Of a DNA stretch of 64,000 nucleotides, positions 25,678 through 38,178 are shown in pieces. A model generated the notes under the pieces. It did no database searches. It was not told the DNA's origin and was given only the letters and a program-made list of their open reading frames with translations. This stretch comes from Camelus ferus. Its lineage: Eukaryota. The DNA lies in the NCBI RefSeq assembly GCF_009834535.1, contig NC_045697.1, positions 104,410,001-104,474,000 of the forward strand, in the 5' to 3' direction. Every line of letters starts with the position of its first letter. Within the stretch, counting starts at the first letter, position 1. The position numbers were made by a program, and so were the translations under genes.

Positions 25678-25941
25678 GAAGAGAACTTTCCTAATTTGAT
25701 TAAAAATATCTAAAGAAAGAAAGAAAGAAAGAAAGATCTGAGCAGTAAAGTTGTAGACTTGACAATCCCTGAAGATAAACCAGAGAAAGAGGGATTTCAC
25801 AGGTCTGCTAGAACCTTCTTGTTACTTCAAGTTGGCAAAGGAACTGGGTAAAACATTGAAAATTTGTGGCCACTCTCAAACATTATTCAATGTGTTTTTA
25901 AACCTTCATTATTTTATCTGTAAGTCAAGAGTACTGATAGT

Positions 25942-26145
25942 TAATAATATAATATCCAATATTGCCTGACTTCTTACCATGTGTCAGGCCATGTGTGAAG
26001 CACTTTAAATGCATTCTCTCTCTATTGCTATGTGGTAAGTAGAATTATTAGCCCATTTTACAGAAAAGAAAACTGAGATTTAGTGCAGCTAAATGTCCAA
26101 GGTACATAAGGTTTTAGGAACTGCAAAGCCTATGTTCTTAATCCA
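25942..26145 (-). mobile_element. MIR fragment
   Basis: ttaccatgtgtcagg...agcacttta...ttattagcccattttacagaaaagaaaactgag. Confidence 0.7.
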
Positions 26146-27975
26146 TTTGATAATATCACAGGGTTAAATGAAAGCCCAGGAGTAACATACACAGGAAAAA
26201 GAAAAAGAGAAGTGTATTTCTGTCCAAAAAATAATTCTTCTATCAATCATACCTGATTACCCAACTCTGATGAATTAGTCTCTCTTCCCTGAAGTTTCAA
26301 TGCTTCTGTAAGGACAGGAAACCTAAATTTGTCTCAGTGAATTCCACCTCCCCTGGGAGTCTGCTATGGATCAATTTGTCATGGAAGGTATAGTCTCCTA
26401 TTTTTAAACTACATGTCAGCTCTCAGACAAATCTCATAATTTGAAGAACTGAAGACTGCTTGGAAACTGGAGAGGAAAACTTGAAGATCGATAGGGAGAA
26501 AAAGGCATCAAAGGACATGTATTAGAGGTCGTTTACCTACTCAGTGGGAGCCCAGGGTCTTGGGTGCTCCCATGTCTGTGTGCTCAGTGACCATGATACT
26601 CAGTTATCCCCAGTGCTGAAACGGACCCCTGTCTTAGTAAATACTTAAGACAACAGATTCCTTTTTAAGGCTATTTCACAAGTGGATTTTCCTGTAGCAT
26701 GTATTGTCAGATCACTTTTTTAAAGTTTTTAAATGTCACGAGAGGACTAGGCTTGCAATACTTCACCAAAACAAAACAAAACGCTAGTGCACAGTGGACC
26801 AAGGACCCTCTTCAATCATCTCAAGGAAAGGAGAAACTCCCTGGGACATCTCTATCAAGTGAAAGTACTGTGGACAAGAATGAGATGAGTGAAAGACAGA
26901 AAAGCATTTGCTGAATTCTGAAGTCAGTTCCTGACATCTTCTCATCAGCTAAGATATTTTTAGCCCAAGAAGGAAAACCAGGAATTCTGATTTTTTTTTT
27001 TTTGTCCCTTTTCCACCCTTGACTCACCATGGCCTGAGCAAGTTGCTGTCTCCCTGGGCTAGTCCCTTCCTCTCAAAAGTAGAGAGAATGATACCGTGAT
27101 GGTGCAAGGATTAATGAGGGTGCTTTGGAAAGAAAAGGAAGAAAAAGTCTTTGATCAAAGATATGGGCAAGCACAGTGTTTTATTATAAACAATAATAAT
27201 GGGCCTTATGTTCCTGATGCCTGGGGAGCAAACCATTCCCCTCTTGGCCTGCATTAATACTTGTACCCAGGGGTGTTAATTAGCACAAAAATGTATGTAC
27301 TGGATGGCACCCTAGGGGCCTAGAGGAGTTAATCCATCCCCCCAAAATGGCTAATTTACCCTCCACACCCCCCCCCACTCTCCCCACACTAGGCTCCTGT
27401 CCATTACTATTAAAGTAGAATAACTGTACCCTCCTTACTTGTCTATTGGGCCCCATGTGCTTCCTCTTGATTACTTAATAGAACATAAGGGATCTGAAAG
27501 TCCTGTTGGAATAATTACCTTCTATTTGAATATTTGCTCTTGACTCATTGGTAGGATCAGCCCCAAACTAAGAATGATTACCTATGACAGCTTATAATGG
27601 GCACCACTTCCTATCTTATCGTCAAGGTATTTTTCATAGTGCACAGGGTAAGTCTGTTCTCTTTTGTTGCTGTACTTTTTAAACTCTTCCTCTCCCTCCT
27701 CAGCCCCTCTCCAATGCCTTTTGTGTTCTGGCTGACACAGCCAGCCTTGTGCTCCCTTCACTGAACCAAACCTCACACAGCTTAGCATAGAAACCACCAG
27801 GTTGCTAGCCGAGTCACCTAGATTCTGGCCTATACTGCCTATCTTTTTTTTTTAAGGAGAACAAGAGAGGCACTTAGCACGTGATAATGATTATCATAAA
27901 AATCATTATGATTTTAACCTAACAGTGTCACTTGACTTCAAACAATTATCCCCTTGATAGCCATCCTGCTCCCTC

Positions 27976-28106
27976 TTTTTTGGAGGGGGTAGGTAACTAG
28001 GTTTATTTATTTGTTATTATTATTATTTTAATGGAGGTACTGGGGATTGAACCCAGGACCTCATGCATACTAAGCACACCCTCTACCACTGAGCTATACC
28101 CTATAT
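27976..28106 (-). mobile_element. Camelid tRNA-derived SINE, long form
   Basis: ggaggtactggggattgaacccaggacctcatgcatactaagc...ctctaccactgagctataccc; ctcttttt on both flanks. Confidence 0.9.
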
Positions 28107-29995
28107 CCTCTCTTTTTCATCTTAAATATCAATATCAGTGTTAAGTAGAAGACAGAGATTTCAGAGGCACTCTTGCAGTTATTAAACCGTGTCTGACCTC
28201 TACCAAGCAAATACGTCTCAGAGATCATCCTTATTTATTTTAACGTGTTGTGACTGATAAAGGCTAACAGACAAAAGCAGCATATACATCATGTTGAAAA
28301 CCCTAATGATGAATGTGTGATGCTTACAGTGCATCTTCAATGGCCATTTATGAAACCCAGACAGCTGGGACCTTAGCAATCACCAAATCCTGGCTACCTT
28401 AGGAGAGAGTAACCAAAGCCCAGAAGGATGCAGTGGCTTCCTCAAAGATCATGTCTACCCATTCATGACTCTCCACTAATAAAGTCTAGGTGTGGAAAAG
28501 GAAAGTCCTTGATTTAAAGACAACTCCAGTCAATTAGGAAGATTTCTAGAGATCTGATAGAAAAATCACCTTAGGCTAGGGTAACATCAGCTCAATCCAA
28601 ATCAAACTGAAATATTACTCCAAACCACAGGATCAGCCTGAGTCTAACACTGAGTTGAATTTATTTTTCTTTAACACAAACAAATCTCATAGAGATATTT
28701 AACCACTTAGGTAAATATGATAAGAAAGAGAAAAACTGGAAAGAATGGATTTTAAATGTGTATACGGGCATGTGTTTATGTTAGTTTGAATTACTCTACA
28801 CCTACCCTGCATTCCCGACACCAGCAGATTAAGAAAAATTCTCATAGATCTCATAGATCAATTTGATAACTAGGAATTCCCAAGCTCTCCCTCAACTATT
28901 CATCTTGAGTTCCTGAGAGGCAGAGCTCGTCACAGAGGCTTACAGGGGATCTTAATGACCTGGCAAAGGAGTCGTTATAGGATGATAGCTAGACAGAGAA
29001 ATGCCTCCAGGTCACTGAGAGCAGGAAGTGCAATGGAGAATGGCCCCTCCACCTAATGCATAACAAGGTTAAGCTGAAACTCATCGAACTCTTGATCTCT
29101 CTCCTCCTCACCCGCCACTCTCCCTTCCTTAAATAAATGCAGAAGGAAAGAAATATGAGCAATTCTTTAAAAAACAAAAAAAAAACACTCTTCAGGAAAG
29201 TTTCCAAAAATAATTTTATGTTGGCTAAAAGTAAAGAATTAGATGTTCATTTGATTGACTCACAAGGCTTCAGAGACTACTTAGGAGAGCTGATAAAGAA
29301 CCTTCTTAATATATCAATAAACTTTTAAGCTGCATTTCTTTATTCTTTATTTCTTCTGTTTCTTTTAACTAACTTTAACCTCCAAAGACTGCTGTTTTGT
29401 GTTTATAGCCTGTCAGCAAATTTTTTTGGAAGGAATGATCTTTCAGGAAATCTGAAGTAAGCACTGAGGTACTGCCATCAACTGTGTCTAACTACAACCC
29501 TAATAATGAATTTAAACCAAGAAGTGAACATATAAACCTACTGCTTCATAGTTAAGAGAATTTAAAATTAACTTTTTAATTTTTTTCATTATATCCACAA
29601 AATGTTTGTAGTGCTTTTCTACCATTTGATATTTAGTCCACATTACTTTCTATTACATCAAGTGTATAACCAGATTTACCCCTTAGTGTATTACAGGTAA
29701 ATTAAGATAAGTAAAGCATGTTTTCAGTTTAAAAAAAAAAAAAAGCTTAAAATATAGTCTGCAGCCTACATACTAAGACAGTATTTAGATTTTACCCCAT
29801 GGCAGAATATGATGTTGAGCAGTAGTTGGTGACCAGATGCACACTTCACAAATACTTCAATTAATTGATAAACTACTTCCATCTGAAATTCCAAAGAGTT
29901 TACTGACACTTTTTTTTATAGAAATTCTTCCAAGAATGACTAATTATTGTGGTCAAACCTGTAGTATTGAAATAAAGTTGTATTATATGACCGAA

Positions 29996-31932
29996 TTCAA
30001 AGTTAGCTGCATTTCTATACACTAAAAATAAACCATCTGAAAAATAATTAAAGAAAATAATCCCATTTACAATAGGATCAAAAGGAACAAAATACTTAGA
30101 AATAAATTTAACCAAGGAAATGAAAGATCTACACTGAAAACTGTAAGACACTGATGAAAGAAACTGAAGAAGACACAAATAAACAGAAAGATATTTTGTG
30201 TCCATGGATCAGAGGAGTTAAAATTGTTAAAATGTCCATACCACTGAAAGCTACCTACAAATTTAATGCAATCCCTATCAAAATTCCAATAGCATTTTTC
30301 AAAGAAATAGAATAAACAATCCTAAATTCTGTTTGGAATCACAAATAGGCAAAGTAATCTTAAGAATGAAGAAAACCAGAAGTATCACATTTCCTGATTT
30401 CAAACTATATTGCAAAGCTGTAGTAATTAAAACAGTATGGTCCTGGCAGAAGAATAGACATATAGACCAATGAAACAATCTAGATCCCAGAAATAAGCCC
30501 ACACCCACATAGTCAACTAATATTTGACAAGGGAGCTAAGAATACTCAATAGGGAAAGAATAGTCTTTTCAATGAACAGTGTTGGTAAAAATGGATATCC
30601 ACATGCAAAAGAATGAAAATTGGACCCCTATCTTAAACCAATCACCAAAAATGGATTAAGGCCTTAAATATAAGATCTGAAACTGTAAAGCTCTTACAAG
30701 AAAACATAGGGGAAAGCTCCTTGACATCAGTCTTGGAGATGATATTTTGGATATGACACCAAAAGCACAAGCAACAAAAGCAAAAATCAACAATTGAGAC
30801 TTCACCTAACTAAAAAGCTTCCACACAACAAAAGAAACCATCAACAAGGTGGAAAAGACAACCTACAGAATCACAGAAAATATTGCAAATTATATATCTG
30901 GTAAGATGTTAATATCTAAAATATATTTGGTGGGGGGGATATAGGTCTGTGGTAGAGCATGTGCTTAGCATGCATGTACTGGGTTCAACCCCTAGTACCT
31001 CCATTAAAATAAAATTTTAAAAAATTTTAAAAAACCGAATTATTTTCTCTCCTAAATAAATAATAAAATAAAATAAAATATCTTTGAACTCTTACAACTC
31101 AAAAACAAAAGAAATAAATAAAATAAAAAAACAGTCTGATTAGAAAAATGGGCAGAGGACCTCAACAGACATTTTTCCAAAGAGATACAAATGGCCAACA
31201 AGTACATGAAAAGATGCTTGACCTCACTAATCATCAGGGAAATTTAGATCAAAATCACAGTGAGATAGAATCGTATTATTAAAAAAGAGAGAGAGATAAA
31301 TGTGGGCAAGGATGTGAAGAAAAGGGAACCCTCCTACACTGATGGTAGAAATGTAAAATGGTACAGTCATTACGGCAAAGAGTAAGGAAGCTTCTCAAAA
31401 AATTAAAAATAAAACTACTATGTGATCCAGCAATCCCACTTCTGGGTACATATCCAAAGAAAATGAAATCAGGATTTTAAAGGGATATCTGCACCCCCGT
31501 GTTCACAATGATGAACATGTAGCATTATTCACAATAACCAAGATATGGAAACAACCTAAGTGTTCATCAACAGCAGAATGGATAAAGATGATGGATAAAA
31601 AATATGGCAGAGGCTGAGGAGCGGGGAAATGAGGAAATGTTGGTCAAAGGATATAAACTTTCTGTTACAAGATGAGTAATTCCCAGGAATCTAACACATA
31701 GCATGGTGACTACAGTCAACAATACTGTACTGTATACTTGGAAGTTGTTATGAGAGTAAAGCTTTCATATTCTACCGTAACAACATGGTAATTATGTGGG
31801 GTGAAGGATGTGTTAACCTTCCTTACTGTGGTAAACATTTCACAATTTTATGTGTATCAAAGCATCACATTGTACCCCTTAAACTTACACAATGTTATAC
31901 ATCAATTATACCTCAATAAAGCTGGAAAATAA
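29996..31932 (+). mobile_element. 5'-truncated L1 (L1MA9/10-like): ORF2 3' part and 3' UTR
   Basis: Degraded ORF2 ([16 protein letters not shown]..., IFDKGAKN); 3' UTR ending caattatacctcaataaagctgg. Confidence 0.9.
30929..31075 (+). mobile_element. Camelid tRNA-derived SINE nested in the L1
   Basis: gtggtagagcatgtgcttagcatgcatg...ctgggttcaacccctagtacctcca; approximate TSD aaaatatattt / aaaatatcttt. Confidence 0.85.
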
Positions 31933-32799
31933 ACAAAGTTTAAAAATTTACAAGCCGATCTTGATCAGAATCACAAGATGCTTACAGGGCCAAAAACTGC
32001 AAGAAACTTAAAATAAATAAATAAAAATGAAAACAGTGATAGTTACATGGATCTTATCCAGCTCTTATATAGCCATGAAATAGCCAATAATCAAAAACCA
32101 GAAATCAAATTGGAGAACTCTTCTGAAAAACTTCTAAAAAGCCAAACTACATATTAGTAACTTCTTGCACTGATCTGTATGCACTGCATCTGTAAAAATG
32201 CACTTAAAAGTGACTCAGAGCCACTTTCTCTTATTTTGGGCACAATTTTATTTGGCTCAGTAATCCATTTCTCTAAGACACAACATAATAAAAGCAAAAA
32301 ACTAGAAAGGGGCATAGAGCTAGGGAGAATTACTGAAAGCAATAAAATATATTAGCTGACATAGCTTAACAGAGAGGCATAGTTTTTTTTAAAATAGAAC
32401 TATTTAAAAAAATAACAGATCTTAGAACTCAAAATGCAGCATGGGATAATTTAGTGAAAGGGCAAAGATCCTCAGTAGTCTCAGAGAACATTTTTGTATC
32501 AGACCACAATAATAATTACATATGCTCATGACCCTGTGTCACCAAGAAATGGTTCATTTGTCATTATAAATCCTATTTTCTAAGGTATAGAAATGCATAA
32601 TAGATATTATTTTAAGCATATATTCTTATTAAAAGAAATAAAAATATTAAAGTTTTAGGACTCTTTATGATTCCTTGAAAATACTAAACATTGTTGTAAA
32701 GTGAATTATTATGTCAGCAAAATGAAAACTAAATGATCATGGCTCTTAGTTTACACTAAACTGAAGCACTGTCAAAAATCTAGCAATCTGAGAATTCCG

Positions 32800-33170
32800 A
32801 AAGACACATGAAGATCTGAGAAGGAGCATTCCAGGCAGCAGGAAGGGGACAAATGCAGTGACCCCAAGAGGGGAGCTAGCCCAAGCCAGTTGTCAGGGCT
32901 GCCACGATGCAACCAAAGGGACAGTCGTGTGAGAAAAGGCAGAGAATTAATAAAGGGTTGCACCACATAAGGAGCTTGGATTTTTTTCTAACTGCACAGA
33001 GGAAACATTGTAAAGTTTTAGGACAAACAACAATGGAATCTGATATCCTTCTTGTTTGTTTTTTTAAAGTTCTGTGGCTGCTGTATGGAGCATGGACTGT
33101 AGGGGAGTATAATGGAAAATGGGATATGAGTGAATAAGCTATTGGATTGTTCCAAAGTAGAAGATAATTG
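32800..33170 (-). mobile_element. L2 fragment
   Basis: gaagatctgagaaggagcattccaggcag...aggagcttggattttt...ctgtggctgctgtatggag...aagctattg. Confidence 0.7.
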
Positions 33171-33312
33171 TGCTCAATAAAGACAACAAGCTATCCTTTT
33201 AAGTAAACAAAGCATTAGTTTGAATATTGATACTAACACAATTGCACGCTCTTTACATATTATCACTGGTCATCAAAAGTATTTATTTTATTTCCCTTAA
33301 AATATAGTTATT

Positions 33313-33485
33313 CTGGGAGGGTATAGCTCAAGTGGTAGAGCTGCATGCTTAGCATGCACAAGGGCCTGGGTTCAGTCCCCAGTACCTTCTCTAAAAATGA
33401 ATAAAATCGAATTACCTCCCCCAATACCCCAACAAAATAAAATAATCAACTAATACAATAACAAATAAATAAAATATCTCTAAAA
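33313..33485 (+). mobile_element. Camelid tRNA-derived SINE, long form
   Basis: gggagggtatagctcaagtggtagag...gcttagcatgcacaag...gggttcagtcccc; 14-bp TSD aaaatatagttatt / aaaacatagttatt. Confidence 0.92.
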
Positions 33486-33750
33486 AAAACATAGTTATTG
33501 CATTAAGCATTTCTAAAGGCTGAAATTGCCATTCATGGAAACAACCTACAGGGGTGTTTGATATTCTGCTCCAGATAGAGTGTTACCAACTTGGGGAAAG
33601 AAGTTACATTCCAAAGGAGAATTTTCTGCCTAACTTTCATCTTTCACTCCACTTACCCTTTCCAGAGTTTGATTTTGGGAATGTGACAGATCTAAAACTT
33701 AATACAGACACCATTTAAGAATTTAACAATTCTTGAGCCACTGCTCTTTT

Positions 33751-34027
33751 TTTTTTTTTGAAGTACAATTGATTTACAATGTTGTGTTAGTTTCTAGTGT
33801 ATAGCATAGTGATTTAGATAGATAGATAGATAGATTGATTCTTTTTCACATTCTTTATCATAATAGGCTATTAAAAGGCATTGAATATAGTTCCCTGTGC
33901 TAAATAGTAGGACCTTATTGTCTCTCTATTTTATATATAGTGGTTAGGATTTGAAAATTCCAAACTTCTAATTTATCCCTCCTCTCTCCTTCCCTCTCTG
34001 GTAACCATAAGTTTGTTTTCTATGTCT
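33751..34027 (-). mobile_element. Cetartiodactyl-type L1 3' tip with internal (GATA)n
   Basis: PolyT, then gaagtacaattgatttacaatgttgtgttagtttc...ttgaatatagttccctgtgct; 14-bp TSD gccactgctctttt / gccactactctttt. Confidence 0.9.
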
Positions 34028-35039
34028 GCCACTACTCTTTTAATCTATGAATTGTTTTCTAGCAGAGACCTGACACCAGATTATTTAATAATGACATATG
34101 AGCTCTGAAATCTTTAGGTTTAAGACCTACAATAAGAAAATTCTAGCTAAATATTGTATGAATTAAGGAAAGGATGATCTCTTTCACTGAGTTTGAATCC
34201 CTACTTGAATCCCTTGCCTTAAAGCAGTATCACCTTTCTAGAGGAGTGAATGTCTTGACAAAGAAAAAACAACTTGAATTTTTTTTTTCATTAAGATAAA
34301 GGATCTTTCTATTCCTTACTCTCTTTGTAGATTCCCTTAGGAAGAAATCCAGTGAAAGATGAACTGGAAAGAATGTTACCAGTTTGCCAAAAGAATCTGA
34401 CTGACTTGCCAACTTGATGGAGATGGAGATTTCACCTTCCAGTTGTCATAGTAGGATTTTCATTTCCAGAGTCCTTCTGAGTGCCTCCAACCTCTTCGAG
34501 AAGGCTATGAAAGATTTTACAAGTACCAAAGTATGGAAGATTTTACAAGTAGTGCCCCCACGCATGGTCACTAAAAGATGGCCAAATAATAGAGAAGAAT
34601 TTTTATCCAAGTGTAATATGGTGGGGCATAGGAGAACTGGGGTGGTTGGCCACCATCCTATTTCTAACACACGAGCAAGATCTGGGAGAATCAATAAGCA
34701 AATGATTGCATTTAACTAGTACATGAGTAGTTGTAACTTATCTTACAGATGCTCATTTAAATTTAGAGCTATGTTCACGTATCTATGAAAATAGAAGTTT
34801 CAAATCATTGCAAATTCCCAAATTGTAAATTCCAAATTATCTAACAGATGATACCCTGTGCGATAGAATTTTTGTAACAAAGGACTGTTTATGTCTTTAG
34901 ATTTAAATGTCTGAAGCACCTGCTAAGAGAGATAAGACCTCTGGTCACTAGTCCCAGGGCTCATTCTTCTCATATAGACCCTTGAAACTAAACTTCTGTG
35001 CCTCTCATAAACAGCAAAGCATGTCAGCTCTGGTCAACC

Positions 35040-35232
35040 TTGCCCAGCTTCAAATCCTGGCTCTATCATAACCAGATGTTCACCCTTTAGTGTGTGCCTC
35101 AGTTTACTCATCTGTAAAAGGGAGTAATAATTGGATCTACCTCAAAGGGTTGTTAGAAGGATTATGTAAGTTGATATATGTAACCCATATGAAAAGAGTC
35201 TCTGGCATATAGTAAGTCTAATAAATGTTAAT
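35040..35232 (+). mobile_element. MIR
   Basis: ttcaaatcctggctcta...tgtgcctcagtttactcatctgtaaaaggg...tacctcaaagggttgt. Confidence 0.8.
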
Positions 35233-35309
35233 TAATAGTATCCCTATTTCCTTCAGTCACCACCGAAAGTAACTGCACACCCTCCATCCAAATAGAACAA
35301 ATGTGCTGT

Positions 35310-35478
35310 CTGATACTTTGAGAAAGTAGTTGTCTGGGAGCAAAAACACTGACATCACCTAGGAGCTTGTTAGAAATGAGCTTGCAGAATCTCAATCCTC
35401 ACCCCAGATTTACTGAGTAACAATCTGCACTTGAGCAGGGCCATTGGGATACACATTATAATTTGAGAAGCTCTGCTC
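35310..35478 (-). mobile_element. MER5B-like MITE
   Basis: catcacctaggagcttgttagaaatg...cagaatctc...ccccagatttactga...tttgagaagc. Confidence 0.7.
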
Positions 35479-35519
35479 TGACACACCATTTGCCCCTAGT
35501 AGCTCTATTTCCTTCCCCA

Positions 35520-36835
35520 GAGCTGCCCTCCCATAGACTTTCCCACTCTGCCCTCTAGAATTACTGCTCCAAAATCAACAAAATCTCTATTAATCTTCTC
35601 TAAATGTTCCCCCATCTCCTTACCATATCTAAACCCCAGCTTTCCCCTAAAGATACAAATTTCTCTGCAAACTTCTGCAGAGATGACTGCTTTTTCTTAC
35701 ACACTCCAAGGACATCAGAGTCAGGAGATGAAGTTGCCATCTTCCTTCTTCCCAGCTGCTGTCCTCCTTTTTGAGTAAAACACCCTGTTCTGTTGGGGCC
35801 ATGTCATCCAACGCTATGACTTTCTCCTACTTCTTATCCCTCTAGGCTTCAAATCTTTCATCAACTCTCTTTCATCCACCAGCCTTTGCCACTTCTTCTT
35901 TCCAAGGCATTGTCATCTCTTAGGAGGACTACAACAACCATGGGGACAGTCGAACGAAGCTGGCCTCTCAGCTTCTTAACCACTTGTTTCCAATCACATT
36001 CTCCAATGCTTCACATCAGCACATATTTCTGGGTTCCACCTGGAACCCTGTCATCATCTGGAATTGCTCCAGTCCCAAAAGCACTGGATTAAGCACCCGA
36101 CTCTCTGGTCAGAACCTCTTTTCTTCTAGTTTTCTTGCTGTGACCATTCTTCCACAACTTTCTAACCTCCCTCCTTATCTAATAGATGCTGGGGTCCATG
36201 ATATTCCAGTAACATTCTTGCTAATTCCCCAGCTACGCATGACCAATCTACAAATCTCCCTACAAGTATTCTCATCCTTCCTTCATGCAACAGTGAAGGA
36301 CTTTGACATTGTATAAGACCAACTCTTCCACTTTGCCTTAAATGCTATGTTCTTCACTTTCTCAGGAACTTTAGGAGCTATTGATTACCTTTTTTTCCTC
36401 TTTAATATTCAATTCCCCTGTCAAATGAATCCTTGTCATTGGCTTTTAAGCATGCTCAAGTTTTTTTCCATTAAAAAGTAATCAAAACTTTTCTTAATAT
36501 ATATCTCTTTTTCATCTCCTTTTAGGACATCTTTTCTCCTCTGCAAAAATAGTCTCAAAAGATTTTTTTAATCCTTAATTCCATTTACTTACCACTTACA
36601 CATTTCCTCTGTCCATCTCACTCTATGACCCCTGACACTCCAGTACAACTACACTAAGAGCTCTGATGTCTTACAGTTCTAACGATTTTTGACTTTGTCT
36701 TCCTTGCTGCATTATCTTCAAGACTGTCAGTCAGTCTCTTCCCCTTAAAGCACCCTTTTCCTTTGGCTCTAATGATGCTCACTCTTCTGACTTTCCTGCT
36801 GTCTCCCTGGCTCTTCCTTCTCCCTCTCTTTTGCA
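35520..36835 (+). mobile_element. Long L2 fragment including the degraded endonuclease-region of ORF2
   Basis: Pyrimidine-rich; cccctaaagataca...acactccaaggacatcagagtcaggagatgaagttg (HTPR..G.GG-like motif); downstream L2 hallmarks aagcatgctcaag and ttggctctaatga. Confidence 0.65.
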
Positions 36836-38178
36836 CAAGTATCTGTTACTGTTATTGACATTTTTAGAGCTGAAAGAGATTGCAAATATACAACCTTATC
36901 TTCTATATTCATATTTGTTTCAATAGTAGCTGTGTACCTAAATTAATATCCTTTGGGTTGCCTTATTAGAATCAGTTTCAATTCTTACTGTATGACAATC
37001 TTCTTCATGACTTATCAAATCTGTAAATTTCCCCCTTGACAAATCCAAATTTAATTCCCTTTGAGAAACCCAAAGCTAGCATGCCTCTTTTACCATCTTC
37101 TAGTATAAGTTTGCAATTTTGTGTTTTGAGCACATTGTTGGTCAGTCACAGATTGAACAATAAAAATGAATTTCCTAAATGCATATAAAGCCACGATGAT
37201 GCTATAAAGAGACCAACATGCATTATTCGAGTACCCTTTCATTCACATATACTAGTTATATATGCTCCATCTTCAGTTAAAATGGCTCATTGTGATAACT
37301 GCAGATGGTGGGGAACTGAATATTGGCCATTTGGGATGAGATTAAATGAAAAATAATAAAGAGATACTTTTGAACTTACCTTTCAATAAGAAACAATGAT
37401 TCCTTAGAAAATTAGCTCTAAATTCGCTCCCCTCCCCACCAAATGTGGGTTCTCTAAGTCATAATGACCATTTCCCAGGATATTTTTGTAACAAAGATTC
37501 TCCCAGGGACAATTTGAAATTTAGGTAGTTTATCTCTCTTTGAATAGATAAAAGGAAAGAACAGAAATAAAGAGCGGAGACTCCCTTGGTAACTAGAATT
37601 ATGTGTTCATCTTAGTGAAATCCATTACTTTGAGAAGCTGAACATAATTGTCAAAGCAGCTCTTAAGTATCCATCAATTATGAGAATTTTCCACATTGCA
37701 AGAAAGGCTTCTAGACAAACTGCATGTCCTCAGTGATAAGGTCAATGTCTGGCCCGTGGGGCCTCTCTGTTCTCCTTCTCTGTGACACAGAGGAGAGAAG
37801 ACCTAGGTTTGAATCATTCTTCTACCACCAATGGGTCACTGGCATCAGGCATGATATCCTTTGTGAAAGCTTCTATGTTATCACTTGTAAAATGGAGATA
37901 ACAGGGTTTTTCTCACATAGTGGCCCTAAATATTACATTAAATATTGTAGCAGACTGAATTTTAAACTACTTTTGATAAATATTCTAAAGGAAATAAAAT
38001 ATTTTATTCTCAAAAATAATATTGTAGCAGAGATGAGGCATAGACCCAAATATCAACAGTATAGGAGAATGTATTTAAAGACCATTAAAAGAAAAATACA
38101 GGTGGCAGGAAGCATCAGATCAAGGACTGTAGGCGTATCTAGAAAACTTGCGGCTTGGGGATAATTCAGTAAGGGGTC

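Noticed and set aside
34331..34719. Plus-strand acceptor followed by short ORFs
   Set aside because: All frames close soon after the acceptor; no recognisable protein or donor.
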